A stretch of DNA of 64,000 nucleotides, from NCBI GenBank assembly GCA_008632985.1, contig QPGO01000027.1:186001-250000 (forward strand), read 5' to 3'. The DNA is from Psammoneis japonica (taxonomy: Eukaryota). Shown here piece by piece: positions 62,966-64,000 of this stretch (its first letter is position 1; the number at the start of each line of letters is the position of its first letter). Made by a program: the position numbers and the translations under genes. The notes under the pieces were generated by a model. It was not told the origin of the DNA. It searched no databases and saw only the letters and a program-made list of their open reading frames with translations.

Positions 62966-63509
62966 CTAGCCTTCTCGCTTGCATTCGATGCCGACGCAGG
63001 CTTCGCAACCGTCACCGGACATGTCTTCGAAGCAGCCACACACTTTGCAGAGACGGCAGGCAGCACGATGTTCAATTCTGTCAGTTTTGGTTCCCTCTCT
63101 GGCCTCTTTCATACCATCCCTAACCGAGTCAACACCGTCCTTGACACCCTGCCTTACTGCTTTCTTGACAGCTGCTTTCTTGACCGCTTTCTTGACCGCT
63201 GCTTTCTTGACGGGCGCAATTTTGCCGCCCCCCTTCCTTAGCATTTTCTTGACAGAGCCCTTCATACCATCATTGACTTTATCCCTAATCTTCTTCACCC
63301 TGTGCTTACCATCGCCGTCTCCTTTGGCGAGAAAACATAGAATCGAGAACCAACAAGCGTCAGTTCATGATCAAGAATCAGGACGCACAAACGGTGAACA
63401 ACAAACAACGGTGATGAAAATTGCCGTGCAACGTACCGTGGGTAGCATGGGCAATGGCAATAAAGCCAAAAAAGGTGAAGAAAAAGACAGTCCTGGAAGA
63501 CAGCTGCAT
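62966..63509 (-). CDS. Secreted Lys-rich (KKA(A)V repeat) protein with C-terminal six-Cys module; exons 63509-63437 and 63321-62966
   Basis: Signal peptide MQLSSRTVFFFTFFGFIAIAHATHG, phase-1 GT...AG intron, VKKAAVKKAVKKAAVKKAV, ending DRIEHRAACRLCKVCGCFEDMSGDGCEACVGIECKREG. Confidence 0.8.
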
Positions 63510-64000
63510 GTTTTTGGATGCTTTTTCTTGTTGAGTTGTGAGATTGTGGGAGATCTTTTGGCTAGGTACGGTACTCGTAGCGTCAAAAGTTCGGTCACAC
63601 CCAACACGGTCAAACGGTATTGTAGTCATAGATAGAAGACACTCAAAAAGTCAAAGGGCTTAATGATTTGTGTCATTTAGGGCTTATGTAATTTTTCCAA
63701 TGTCTTGCAGAAGTCATTTTCGCATATTCGAATATCACTTTTTATTTTTTCCCGAAAGATGTCAAGTACATACAGTTAGACTAGTAGCCCGCCCTACCGT
63801 ACTAGGCGTCTATGACTGGAATAAGACTTTAGAAAGTGTTTCGGATTCAAGCCCTTCTTACTTGGAGTGAGAGAGTACATCATGGTACAGTACTACCGGT
63901 ACAGAGGCTCTAGTTCCGTCGAGTTTTTTCCCGTGATTGCCCGGGATCGTCGTCTCTCTCTACTAGGGCTCTACTAGCTCTAGAATCTCTACGTAGTACC

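Overview
Eukaryotic DNA with short GT-AG introns, most likely from a diatom (inferred from a CoDi-like Ty1/copia element, a bipartite plastid-targeting presequence and the gene families present). Islands of intact host genes alternate with large repeat-derived blocks. The intact genes are a STAND/AAA_16 ATPase, a MOSC/mARC protein, a queuosine-salvage protein, a plastid-targeted MIF, an unusual GMC-oxidoreductase/ABCG-transporter fusion and two tandem secreted Cys-motif proteins. The repeat blocks include a complete Ty1/copia LTR retrotransposon (15792-23063, TSD TGTGC). They also include a ~20 kb palindrome made of two head-to-head 3' halves of a CACTA/Plavaka-like DNA transposon, carrying DOT1-like methyltransferase and PhyH-like 2OG-dioxygenase cargo, plus a TA-targeting MITE, a second smaller foldback and decayed copies of host genes (TRM5, GMC). 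The most striking signal is that repeat and pseudogene blocks have lost almost all TpA dinucleotides by TA->CA/TG transitions on both strands (Tyr->Cys/His throughout conserved motifs), plus CG->TG/CA, while neighbouring genes are untouched. This looks like a repeat-targeted mutation process running opposite in direction to fungal RIP. All protein assignments come from motif recognition by eye; no database searches were run.
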